A stretch of 41,610 bases of DNA from Amoebophrya sp. A120 (lineage: Eukaryota; Protista; Dinoflagellata): contig CAJINV010000001.1 in the NCBI GenBank assembly GCA_905178155.1, positions 5,075,992 through 5,117,601 of the forward strand. The letters are read 5' to 3'. Both the position numbers and the translations under genes were made by a program. Below are positions 11,319 to 22,744 of the stretch, one piece after another. How positions within the stretch are numbered: the stretch's first letter is position 1; each line of letters opens with the position of its first letter. The notes below the pieces were generated by a model. It was not told the DNA's origin and did not search any database. It was given only the letters and a program-made list of their open reading frames with translations.

Positions 11319-12680
11319 TCACCGCTTAAGATACACCTTGAGCGGAAACCGACCGCCATCATCGGGCGTCTTCACACCAAGTCCGGGAACTAGCTGAATT
11401 CGATAATACATCGCGAACTCGTAATAAATATCGATAGTATCCCATGCGGGATGAAAATCTTTAAGATCAGCGGTGTAAAGTGGATACGTTTTTCCATTCG
11501 GCAGCTTCGGCCCCGCTTCGTACATTTCCTCGGTGAGTAGAAAAGACATATCTGCTTGCGCAAACGATTTTTCTGCTTCGTCGACTATGTAATTGAGCAC
11601 TTTGACGCGCGTTTTACGAAGAGCTGCTTCCAAGATGCCCGCAAGTTTAGTACCACCTGTCACTGGTACAGTCTGCGTGCTGTTCTCCCCTGATTCATGA
11701 TCTCTGGGACCGCGACCGGGGTCGCTTTCATCCGCATATATGCCGCTCTTGTTCTCTAGGTCTTTCAAGAGGGGCGCCGCAAAGGTTGACAAATCTTGGT
11801 CGCTGAAGTGAGCGTTGAAGCAAATCGAGAACGGGAACGCGTTGGGGTCTGGTCTCACGGTGTCAGAGAAGTACTCTTCACCCTCTGCGTCGTAAATGTC
11901 GAATCCTTTCACTTCCAGCGCAGCGAGGACATTACCGATGTGCGAAGTGCTCCCATCCGACATTTTCGGCGCTGCTGCAAACAATTCCCGTGAAATTTGA
12001 AAACTGCCTGCGCCCTTGGCTGCATCCGCGTGCATTAGACCTATAAAGTGGTCGGCAATTTTCAGCCAATCGCGTCCGCACAGCTTGTCAGAGATCCTCT
12101 CGAGCTGGGCTCGACGAAGCTTGTCGCTGCAGACCGCTTTGGCGCTTCCCAAGAAGGAACGAAATAGTGCTCACGACGTCGGACGGCAAAGAAACTCTGG
12201 TAGAGGAAGGCATCGCAGATGTTCGCTTCTTGTGGAAGACGCAGAACTGCCAAGCGTTTACCTGATTTATTTGCGCCAAAATGCAACAGAGCAGCTTTAT
12301 TTGGTTTTTTGGTGTCAAGACCTTCGTCCATTTTTTCATCTATCAGTATCATCTGCTTAATATCAACACAGAGGGTGTTACGCGAACGGATTATCGCACC
12401 ATTCCAAACGACGTAGAACAAGAATCACGGGGAAGACAATCATGAATCAAGCCTCCGACAGAAAATCACGTACCTGCGCACCCAGGACCCGTTTTTGATA
12501 ACGGAGTTCGCGAGTCTTTGCTTCGGTATCCTCCAAGGATATCAGCCAGTCATTGTAGCTCACGTTCCGACCAGCGCGCACAAGAAGGTCGTTGAAGGTC
12601 TTCTGCCTCTGTTGCTGGGACACGTTGGTCGTGCCATCGTTGGCTGTCGAGGAGCTCGCCGAGGAGGAGGAGGACGCCAT
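11319..12680 (-). pseudogene. Tandem family paralogue 3 with a +1 frameshift (pseudogene or assembly error)
   Basis: Exon 1 12680-12474, GT-AG intron 12262-12473, exon 2 12261-11319 = 943 nt (one extra base). Similarity to the paralogues switches frame at CTT GGG AAG (about 12148-12150). Confidence 0.72.
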
Positions 12681-13225
12681 GATCTTGTAATTCTGCTTCT
12701 TGCAGCCTTGGTTTCACCAATAATTTGACTTGGTACATTACTTTTTTACCTACATATTTTAGTGCTAGTGTGTGGCATTTCCATAGTCAAACATCAAACC
12801 AAGATAAACTAACGAAAATCGAAGTCAAAGGGAGAATATAGAATTCTGAACTCACCTCCAAAGGGAGAGGCAAAAAGACCCTCGATAAGCTTCATCATAC
12901 GCAACCTCGAGGACGAATACTGCCATCAATATTTTCCCACATCTCGTGCGTGAATGAGTAGTCGAACGGTTACGGGTTTGCTATGGCCAAATTGCCGCAA
13001 CCTGGCACTAACACGCTTTCGCAACGAACTTGCTTCCTCGGCTGATTCTAAAAAAATCTTCTTGCCCTTTCTTCCTTGTTGGTAAGTTTTTGGTCATTGG
13101 GTAAAAACATTGGCGGGGCGCAGTGATGCATTCGGTTTTGGGTAGGAGAGCCGTCGTATCTCTATCAAGGAGACTCTTTCCTGCTCGATGACGTTCAGAG
13201 CTTTTTTTTCGTCGATCGGATCCTA

Positions 13226-14502
13226 TTATCTTGCAGCTCGCAATTTCAGTAACCATTTGTCGTCTTCTCCGTAGAAGCTCAACGCACAAACAAGACCGAG
13301 GTTCGCGTATAGGAGCGAGAAAATCGCCCAGCTGTCCTCATCGTTGGCCTCACAAGCCTCCGGGTGCATGTCGTTCACTTGCGCTGCTCGCATCGGATAA
13401 ACACGCCCATCCGGAAGTTTCGGAGCCTGCGCTTCGTACACTTCCTGAGTTATTTCCAGCCACAACTCCGCCCTCGAGAAAGCTTCCTCCGCAAGACCCG
13501 TAATCCACTGCAAAACTTCCTCCCGGGTTTTTCGAAGCGCCTGCTCAAATACCAGCATGAAGCGACTTGCGGTGGCGCACGAGGACACGGACTCGACGGG
13601 AAGACCCACGTTGCGGTGACCCATGCGGCCGCCTCCGCTGACGTCGGGCAGCCCCTTCACGAGGTGCGCCATGTAGGCAGCATCTTCATCTGCAGGATTT
13701 TCGGCGCCGTTGAAAACCATTCGAAACGGGAAAGCATCGGCACTGAAGCGATGTTGATTTCCCCGCAAATTGAAATACATCCCTGTTCCATCGCAGATCG
13801 AGTAGCCGTGCACGGAATCCAAAACAGCAAAAATCTGGTCGAGGGGCGCCGCTGAGTCGTCCGACATTTTCGGTATGGCGTCAACCATCTCGCGGGAAAG
13901 CACTAGGAACCCTGAACCGATAGCAGCGCGCTGGGCTAGCAGATCTAATACGTGCTCCACAGCTCGCTTCACGTCGCGTGCCCTCTGCTGTTCTGAACGG
14001 TCTACAAGTGTCTCAGCAGTTAACGTCTTGAAAGTCGACTTTCGGTTGTTAAATACTGGCCCGACAAAAGCACGAATCACCCCGTACACATCCGGCGGCA
14101 GCTTGGACAAACCAAAATCGCCACCTTTCCCCTTCCTCACGTGAAACACGGAGAACTGCCAAGCGTTGACCTGCCAAATAAAATAATTTCGTAAGGCCTA
14201 CGAAATCAATTTCCTTCGAAGTACAATCAGCTATTGCTATGTATTACTACAAGTCTCTTAAACAAATACATTATCAATAGAAGTGGTACCATTGACCCCA
14301 CCACAAGCTTCTGGAAACAAATCGCCCGTGTTTCTGCTTCGATCTTTTCCATTGCCGCGAGCCAGTCATCGTAATCCTTTCCAGCACTGCGCACTAACAA
14401 GTCGGAAAGCGTCTTCTTCGCATTTTGTACATCTTCACGACGCGTGCCTCCGGCTCCCGCCGTGGTGGATGACGATGAAGAAGATGCGCCGGAGGAGGGC
14501 AT
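13226..14502 (-). CDS. Uncharacterised tandem family, paralogue 4 (about 385 aa)
   Basis: Exons 14502-14290 and 14170-13226. GT-AG intron 14171-14289 before VNAWQF. Contains LSKLPPDVYGVIRAFVG. Confidence 0.87.
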
Positions 14503-15112
14503 TTTTTGTCAGATACTTGATTTGTTTCTCTGTGATCAGGGACAGGAGAAGCGCTTGGTCTACCGCCTTACTCGACAAACAAGATAAAAATACGACGAGG
14601 ATTTTTTACAGAGGTTACCTACAACAAGAAGAAGAATGTTTAGACTTGGGACTTTCTTTCCCAACGCACCTAATAGGATAGCGAGCTAGAAATTAGGAAT
14701 TAGCGACCAAAATCATTTTGCTCGAGGCCACAATGCGAATACATATACACGCAATGGGGCGAAAGAACGACAATAGCAAGAATCGATTTCGATATGTTGA
14801 TAAAGATTCCGATATAAACGCTCTCGAAAATCAATCATGGCGTCCCTCTACGTTGGCATTCCCACCGACAACATGATCGATCTTCGTTTTCGGTTTCTTT
14901 CCAACGCGAGCTGAAATTCGTACATCTTTCATAGCCGTTTTTGTTGTAGGCGAAGGTGCCACAGCAAGTTGTTCAAATGTTATTTTTCTGTGAGACCCTG
15001 ACGCCCTGAGACCCAAACCAGCGAAACACGACGGCAGCGTGGTTTTCTTGTGTTTAGAATGACGCAAAATAAATACTCATAGCATCGCGATTTCGATTTC
15101 TCTTGTTTTTTG

Positions 15113-16130
15113 GGGGATCTGCCTTTTCCACGGGGATCCGCCCGTTCCCCGGGGATCCGCCTGTTACTCGGGGATCCGCCCGCTCCCCGGGGATCCGCCT
15201 TCGCCCAGGGGATCCGCCCGTTCCCCGGGGATCCGCCTTCGCCCAGGGGATCCGCCCCTTCCCCGGGGAACCGCCTTCGCTCAGGGGATCCGCCCGCTCC
15301 CCGGGGATCCGCCTTCGCGCAGGGGATCCGCCCGGTCCCAGGGGATCCGCCCGTTCCCCGGGGATCCGCCTTCGCTCAGGGGATCCGCCCGTTCCCCGGG
15401 GATCCGCCTGCGCGCAGGGGATCCGCCCGCTCCCCGGGGATCCGCCTTCGCCCAGGGGGTCCGCCCGGTCCCAGGGGATCCGCCCCTTCCCCGGGGATCC
15501 GCCTTCGCTCAGGGGATCCGCCCGTTCCCCGGGGATCCGCCTTCGCTCAGGGGATCCGCCCGTTCCCCGGGGATCCGCCTTCGCTCAGGGGATCCGCCCG
15601 CTCCCCGGGGATCCGCCTTCGCCCAGGGGGTCCGCCCGTTCCCCGGGGATCCGCCTTCGCCCAAGGGATCCGCCTGCTACTCGGGGATCCACCCGCTCCC
15701 CGGGGATCCGCCCGTTCCCCGGGGATCCGCCCTCGCCCAGGGGATCCGCTTGTTCCTCGGGCATCCGCCCGTTCCCGGGGGATACGCCCGTTCCCCGGGG
15801 GCTCCGCCCGCACCCCGGGGGATCCGCCTTCGCCCGGGGGATCCGCCTGCTCTCCGGGGGATCCGCCCGCTCCCCGGGGATCCGCCTGTTCTGAGGGGGA
15901 TCCGCCTGCTTTCCGGGGGATCCGCCCGCGCCCCGGGGGGTCCGCCCTCGCCCCGGAGGGCCGGTCCGCCTCCCGCGGATCCGCGCGCCCTGGGTCGCGC
16001 CTTTGCTGGGGGGGGTCCAGCCTACGAACTTTCTTTGGGGGGATCCTCCTCAGCTCGGGGGATCCGCCCTCACCCCGGTGCGTTCGCTCCAGCCTCCGGG
16101 GATCTCCCCTTGCCAGGAGGGATCCGATAT
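15113..16130. repeat. GC-rich 19-bp minisatellite (GGGGATCCGCC plus 8 variable nt)
   Basis: GGGGATCC recurs at 15132, 15151, 15170, 15189 and onward. The array degenerates after about 15960. Confidence 0.95.
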
Positions 16131-16285
16131 TCGTGCTTGCCCCTCGGACTGCGCCGGCGGTGCGGGGTTTCACTCCCTCCCCGACGGACACCCGGCCAGC
16201 CCGGGGCGGGTGCGCCCTTGCGCCAGAGGCTCGATCCAGCCTTAGGGGTCCCTGCCCTTGCCGCGTTGGCGGTGGGCACGGGCAC

Positions 16286-16542
16286 GGGCACCGGCAAACC
16301 GGCGCACATTTCTTGCTTCGGCTTGGTTCTTACAAGTTGTCAGTGTGTTGCTGGTTGTCAAAGCGCCGCTTTGACAACCAACAGCAGGATCGAGATTTGA
16401 CAACCACACAGAAACAAGAGGCGTTCGCACAACCACCCGAGGCCTTGAGAATCGAGGGAGTGCGCGCCGGTCTGCCGCGATGCCCTGCACTCGAGTGCGT
16501 TCCAAAATCTTCCAAAATGTGCGCCGGTTTGCCGCGGTGCCC
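16286..16542. mobile_element. Possible MITE-like element with an internal perfect hairpin
   Basis: Inverted ends GGGCACCG(CG)GCAAACCGGCGCACATTT. Hairpin TGGTTGTCAAAGCG-C-CGCTTTGACAACCA at 16352-16380. No TSD seen. Confidence 0.45.
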
Positions 16543-18902
16543 GAAATCGACACTGTGCCGCCGGGGAAAGACCGCGAAGGACGGCGCGAATCCGGCCAGA
16601 GGATTCCGGAGAGGATTTTGGAATCCTCTCAGGGACGAATCCTCTTCCGAAATCGAGGCAATACCGCCGGGGGAAGGGCGCGGAAGACGGCTCAACTTGG
16701 GCCAGAGGATTCCTGAGAGGATTTTGGAATCCTCTGCGGAATCCTCTGTGGAATCCGCGCCCGAAATCGAGGCAGTGCCGTCGGGGAAAGGGCGCGAGGG
16801 ACGGGCCAACTTGGGCCAGAGGATTCCTGAGGGGATTTTGGAATCCTCTGCAGAATCCTCTGCGGAATCCTCTCGCGAAATCGAGGTAGTGCCGCCGGGG
16901 TAAGGGCGTGGAAGACGGACCAACCTGGGCCAGAGGATTCCTGAGAGGATTTTGGAATCCCCTGAGGAATCCTCTGCGGAATCCTCTGTGGAATCCTCCC
17001 CCGAAATCGAGGCACTGCCGTCGGGGAAAGGGCGCGAGGGACGGCGCAACTTGGGCCAGAGGATTCCTGGGAGGATTTTGGAAGCCTCTGCGGAATCCTC
17101 CCCCGAAATCGAGGCACTGCCGTCGGGGAAAGGGCGCGGAAGACGGCTCAACTTGGGCCAGAGGATTCCTGAGAGGATTTCGGAATCCTCTGAGGAATCC
17201 TCTGTGGAATCCTCTGGGGAATCCTCCCCCGAAATCGAGGCACTGCCGTCGGGGAAAGGTCAGGCGGACAGGCCCGGGCGACCTCTTTTTCTAATTGGTC
17301 TCTGAAAGTTGTCTAATTTGAGAACCAAAAGAAGGCGCAGGCGCAGAAAAAAACACCCCGGCCGAACATCCTAGCCCGAGGGCGATGCCTCCTCGAAGAG
17401 CCAAACCCTCCGACCATTGCTGCTCCACTGGCGGGCGCAACGGAATCAACAGGGCCCAAAATCAGGCAAAAAAAGCAACCCGGAACGGAGAAACACCACA
17501 CCCACCCCGCCCGGCCCAAAGCCTTGCCGGAACACAAAGAAAGGCCCACCAAGAGAATTCATGGCGCCAGCGCAAGCCGATGCACGCGGCGCCCAACCAA
17601 TCAAAGGCCCGGCCGCAGGCCATTCAAATTCGAAGAGAGGGCGCGGGCGGGCAAACATCGGCCGGACCAAAATGAAAGGGCACAAATTAGAATCGGCTTC
17701 AAATTTGTGTCCGGCGCGCGCCGGTTTCGTGTCTAATTTGCGTCCGGGGACACCCCGCGGCCCCCCGAAAAAAAGGTAGCTAATCTGAAATCTAATTTTT
17801 TTGGAACCGTGTCTAATATGCTCTTTAATCTGCATCTAATTTGCAGAGGCCCCCGGCCCCCCCGCCGGAAAAATCGTTCCCGATTTCCTTGTGCAAAATT
17901 TCGTCGGTTTTGCACAGGGAAATCGGTAACGATTTTCGGCCGCTGCAAATTAGCCAGCCAATTAGCGCCTATTAGCCGCTACATTAGCTGCAAATTAGGC
18001 GCGGATTAGCTGCAAATTAGGCGCAGATTAGAAGCGCCTAAATGAGGCCCGTTTTCCAATTAGAATTTCAAATTAGAATTTTCATGGAGGTGTTCCCGGG
18101 GCTTTTGGCGGGCATGTCAAACATGGCCGATGCCATGTTTGAAATGCCCACGCCCATGCCCGCCCCCAGGCGAAGAAGAAGGAAAACACAGGACCAAACA
18201 CGAAATCCCCTGCCGGACCAAAATCCGTCGGCCCGCCACACCCTGCCCAGAACACACACAGACACGCGCCAAGCCGGAAAGGCCACAGGCTGAACGCCAA
18301 GCCAGAACACGCCCCCGGCGGCCGGACACGACTTCCAGGCCCAAGGGGGACGAACCGCCGGCGGCAATGCCACAAAGCGAAAGGCGCCATCGCCGCGAAA
18401 TCGGCAAAACCAGGAGGCCGCGGGCCCCCATTTGAATAACGGCGCGCCGAATGTTCCCAATACGTTGCGCAACGAGATTCGGCACGCAACCAACCCGACG
18501 CCAAGGGGCTCCACACGCTCGCAAATTAGCCGGATTTTAATTGATAATTAGAACCGGAAGGCGCCCGGGCCTGTCCGCCTGAGGAAAGGGCGCGAGGGAC
18601 GGCTCAACTTGGGCCAGAGGATTCCTGAGAGGATTTTGGAATCCTCTGCGGAATCCTCTGTGGAATCCTCCCCCGAAATCGAGGCACCGCCGTCGGGGAA
18701 AGGGCGCGGAAGACGGCTCGACTTGGGCCAGAGGATTCCTGAGAGGATTTTGGAATCCTCTGAGGAATCCTCTGTGGAATCCTCCCGCGAAATCGAGGCA
18801 CTGCCGTCGGGGAAAGGGCGCGAGGGACGGCTCAACTTGGGCCAGAGGATTCCTGAGAGGATTTTGGAATCCTCTGAGGAATCCCCTGCGGAATCCTCTG
18901 CG
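16543..18902. repeat. About 114-bp satellite with a variable number of 12-bp GGAATCCTCTGN subrepeats, interrupted by a TIR element
   Basis: Unit starts (GAAATCGA) at 16543, 16649, 16763, 16877, 17003, 17105, 17231, 18675 and 18789. Units are mostly 102, 114 or 126 bp (the first is 106 bp). Confidence 0.92.
17260..18582. mobile_element. Non-autonomous DNA transposon, 1323 bp, with 7-bp TSD
   Basis: TIR TCAGGCGGACAGGCCCGGGCG at both ends. TSD GGAAAGG at 17253-17259 and 18583-18589. Subtracting 1330 bp restores an exact 114-bp satellite unit. Confidence 0.9.
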
Positions 18903-19084
18903 AAAATGTGCGCCGGTTTGCCGGGGCCGCCAGGTTGCTCGCAATCCGCAGCCGACTGTGGCGATTTGGGCGCACGAGACTGCAACGCAGACGCGGCGCG
19001 GTTGTGCACACAAACAGCAGCGGCGTCCTTGCGCGCGCCGCGTTTTCGGTTGCATTGCAACACACTTTAGCACGAGCGAAGCCG

Positions 19085-19104
19085 AAGGTTTCCCGGGAAA
19101 CCTT
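19085..19104. other. Perfect 20-bp palindrome
   Basis: AAGGTTTCCCGGGAAACCTT. Confidence 0.85.
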
Positions 19105-19422
19105 AAACGACCTTGCCCGAGCGGAATCCATTGATTTCTGGGTCTCACAGCGTCACTTTCTCTTTTCTGTTTGGGCAACTATCGTACAAGAAGTCTATTG
19201 AGTTTTTCGTTTGTTGGTTCTCGAAATCGAACTTCTCTGATATCAGACTTGGATAGTGTTTTTGCTTGCGCGTAGAAGGAGGTTTACTATCTATGAAACA
19301 TACATATAGTAGGTACAGGCATACAAAGATCCGTCACGCTTCTTTTCCCCGTCGGTCTTCAATACAATTCGTGAGGAAGGAAGCAAGAAACCGTCATTAT
19401 TTTGCTGGTACACATACAGGGA

Positions 19423-20104
19423 TTAGACAAGGAAAATTCCAGAAGTACATCAAAAATCGAGCACCCCCCTCCCACGGGGTGGCGGCGGGGCGAGATGATT
19501 TGTCTGCGTTGCGGCTAGTAGCGGCCCGCCCCATTTCTGCAAGCCTATCGGCCCGGACCAGCCGCGACTCCTTCTCGAGTAGAAAGGGCAAGCGCGCATC
19601 TGCCGCGCAAGTGTTTCGCCTTTGGCGCAACTGGCTCGGGGGCTCGTTTACAAACAAGGCCGGCCAAAACTCTACAAAGGCGACAGGCGGAACCCAGGGG
19701 CCCCCCTCCAGGGGGGTGCCTGAGGGGGGTACTTTTTTTGATTCCGAAATCGGCCATTTTAGGTCGGGGGAAGGAACGCCAAGGGGGGTGCTTTTTGGGG
19801 GTGCTTTTTCTTGGGCAAAAGGGGGGCCCTTGGATTGGCCCCGCGGCGCGACTTTCCAGGAGACGGCCATTGCTCATTGGATCCGGAAAGACCTGGCCGC
19901 AGAATTCTTGAAGTATTGTCGTGGTGTTGCTCTGGGTGGTGACGGAAGACGAACGCCGAAGCCGGCGGCGTTTCCGGTTGTGTGGGACCCACTGAAGAAA
20001 GCCGCCACCTAGATGAAGCCTACCCGAGCCAACCGCCTGTCCCGTCACCCCACGGGAGGGGGGTGCTCGATTTTTGATGTACTTCTGGAATTTTCCTTGT
20101 CTAA
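19423..20104. mobile_element. Non-autonomous TIR element (MITE-like), 682 bp
   Basis: Near-perfect TIR of about 60 bp, beginning TTAGACAAGGAAAATTCCAGAAGTACATCAAAAATCGAGCACCCCCCTCCC. Flanks share only GGGA (degenerate TSD). Confidence 0.85.
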
Positions 20105-20404
20105 ATGGGAGAAGGCGATAGTACAAGAACTGGTGTCATCAATTACGTTTCTGGCGCGCGTTGGTCGTACTAGACTGAAAGAACCGTATACATAGTCATC
20201 AGAAATAGAAACAGAAGTACACCCTATTTGTTTTGGATTTCCATCTCACTGCAGGTGGACTTGCGGTCCGCGAAAACAAAAGCAGGTGGAGAGGTGATAG
20301 AGATAGTGCTTTCTTTTCATACAATTTCAAGTCGTAGGTCTTCAGCTACCGTGGATGAACAAAACGATGTCGGTAGGTCAAAGTATCGAATGCCTTGTTC
20401 CACC

Positions 20405-20890
20405 TCACGAAGTGACCAGGATTTCCTCCCGCAGTTCACCATCCGCGTTGGCGTCTCCGCCAATGCCGAACAGCTTGTAGAAGAATCCCATGCTGGCCGG
20501 CGGCGTGATGTTAAACCGGATCTCCGTGGCGCCGATGAGGGAGCTCTCTTCTTCACTGGACGACGTCGCAATGGACGTGTCTGTCTCGTAGTCACTGCCG
20601 CTGGATTGTTCACTACAACTGCTGGTGCTGGTCTCCATCTCAATCTCCTCCATCACGTCACTCAGCGTCGGGCTCCGCTCCACAGCAATGGGGGAAAGCA
20701 TCTCGGAGAGCATCTCGGAATTGCCAGCAGCCGGGTGCAGGAAGAAGGCGTCGCCCTTCGTGCTGCGCGGCGTGGTGGGGAACAGGACTGGAGTGGTCGG
20801 GAGAAGCAGGGGGCTGTGAACAAGAGAGATTGGATTTGCTATGGAGTTTTCATAAATTAGAAGTGGAAAGCAGGGAACGAGGAAGACCAA
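20405..20890 (-). CDS. Hypothetical acidic/Ser-rich protein or exon
   Basis: Open frame on the gene-bearing strand with a low-complexity product. Start and splicing are unresolved; it may join 21189-21809. Confidence 0.35.
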   Translation of the reverse strand: MVFLVPCFPLLIYENSIANPISLVHSPLLLPTTPVLFPTTPRSTKGDAFFLHPAAGNSEMLSEMLSPIAVERSPTLSDVMEEIEMETSTSSCSEQSSGSDYETDTSIATSSSEEESSLIGATEIRFNITPPASMGFFYKLFGIGGDANADGELREEILVTS

Positions 20891-21188
20891 GAAAACAGTT
20901 CATCTTTTATCATCACTTAAAGAGGTCGACAACTTGTAGACGTACAGTGATTGACTGGAGCTCTTTCTCTCTCCCGTTAGCCCCCCGCTCTTCGCTAACG
21001 CGGTCGGCTGCTGCACTGAATGGACTCCCGAGCTGCGCCCTTGCCGTGCGAAAAGAAATCCGAGTAAGATGCCCGACAGAAGCAACGCGAAACCCTGGGC
21101 GTGGCGGAGGTAGTGTTCCTGTTGTTGGTTTTTGTTTTTCGAATAAACAAGAGGTGTTCACCTAGACTAGTATGTTGAGTCGATGTCT

Positions 21189-21809
21189 CTAAAAGCAGCC
21201 CGAGTCGCAATAAAACGAAGTAATGTCCAGACCAGAGTTTCTTTGTTCCTGACCAACAGAAGCCAGTACCCAGAAATTCCCTCGCTTCTTTTGACTTTCG
21301 CCAATGGCGGCCTTGAGCGCCTGCACAGCCTCAGCGCGCGGCTCCCGACGCAACCAGAGTCCCCGAGACGACCTCTTTCCGACCGCCTCCCCCTGCTCGA
21401 GCTCACCGTTCGCACCACCGGCCGCAGCGTCGGCGTGCCCGCTTGACAGCAATTCGACAGACACTGCCGCAGGGCCTGTATGGTCGTCTTGCGCAGTGTG
21501 CTGCGGTTGCTGGACGTTGACGGCCACCGGAGCTGCGCTGCCTTTTCCAGCATCCACCGTTTCGTCCACGCCATCTTCGCCTTCGGCCAGTGGAAAAAGC
21601 GGAGCGATGGTGACGGCGACGCCGCCCGAACCTGTCGAAGAGTCTCCATTTTCAGCATGGTCAAACGCTTCGGATGGCGGTAAGCCATGGGGGTCCTCCA
21701 GCCCGGTAGTAGGTTGTGCCAGCCCGGTTCTCTCGGTCCGCAGCACGTGCGAACTCGTACCCACACCGTTATCGGCAACGATTGCAAGCGAGAAGGAACG
21801 AAGCAACAT
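21189..21809 (-). CDS. Hypothetical protein or exon, 206 aa
   Basis: ATG-initiated GC-rich ORF on the gene-bearing strand. No family recognised. Confidence 0.45.
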   Translation of the reverse strand: MLLRSFSLAIVADNGVGTSSHVLRTERTGLAQPTTGLEDPHGLPPSEAFDHAENGDSSTGSGGVAVTIAPLFPLAEGEDGVDETVDAGKGSAAPVAVNVQQPQHTAQDDHTGPAAVSVELLSSGHADAAAGGANGELEQGEAVGKRSSRGLWLRREPRAEAVQALKAAIGESQKKRGNFWVLASVGQEQRNSGLDITSFYCDSGCF

Positions 21810-22744
21810 CTTTTGGCGTGAGTGTTGTGGAGGATTACGTTTTTCTTTTTTATGATCGAGGAGAATATTCTGTCCTACTGGCGAGTCCGAACGAAAACGA
21901 CTTCAAAGACGAAGCAAATCTCCTGTTTCGGGGAATGATTCTATTAGTAATCGGTACCAATAGTGAACTTCCTGCTCGACACACAATTGTGGCTACAGAT
22001 TTTTTTGGAGAAAGACTGACACGATAAAATTGAGGGGTTTTGCGACTTCGGAAACCATAGAAAAGAGCACGAAACGACTACGATACCACTCTGACTCACA
22101 CTCGCTAATACAACTACGAGCACGAACACGATCTCGCCCTTGCGCAAAGCCATGTTCACTCTTAACGGATATAAAAAATCACACAGCACGAGCACACTCA
22201 GCCTTCAACGACGACGAAAAAAAATGAATCTGAATCAAGGGGAAGTTACAAACAAAAAGAAAAAACCTAATTCGACTCGCTCACGATACGAATGGCCAGT
22301 CTGCGGGACGAGCGCTGAGCAGGAATACCTAGACTGACTACGGAAAAGAACGCCATACTGTGGTAGTAGACTATCCCTGGGACATTCTTGTTTCGTTGTC
22401 CTTCCTTGCTGTTTTTTGATCGATGTTGATGTTTTCTTTCTCCTTCGTTCATTTTTCACTTTTCTGTGCGGCACATGCACAAACATACACAAGGGTATGG
22501 CGCTCTATGATCAACAGCTTCACAGTCAGATACGAGAAGTCCCTAGGGTGTATCGTTAATGGAATCAACGAGACTGACAGAACCAATACAACTACCTGGT
22601 AACAAGAACGGAATGAACTTGAATACGCTTTAGCCCATGGATTTCCTCTGCTTTTGTCCAACTCTTGTACGGAAAGACATTCAGTAGATGGCTTTGTCAG
22701 CGGACCTTGCACGACCTACTAGCTACATAGAATCCAAATCCAGC

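Noticed and set aside
15113-15960. CRISPR-like array
   Set aside because: The period is only 19 bp, the variable parts are 8 nt and recur, there are no cas genes, and the context is eukaryotic.
15103-19178. Long ORFs (up to 597 aa) in the GC-rich island
   Set aside because: They are translations of stop-poor tandem repeats, open in several frames on both strands.
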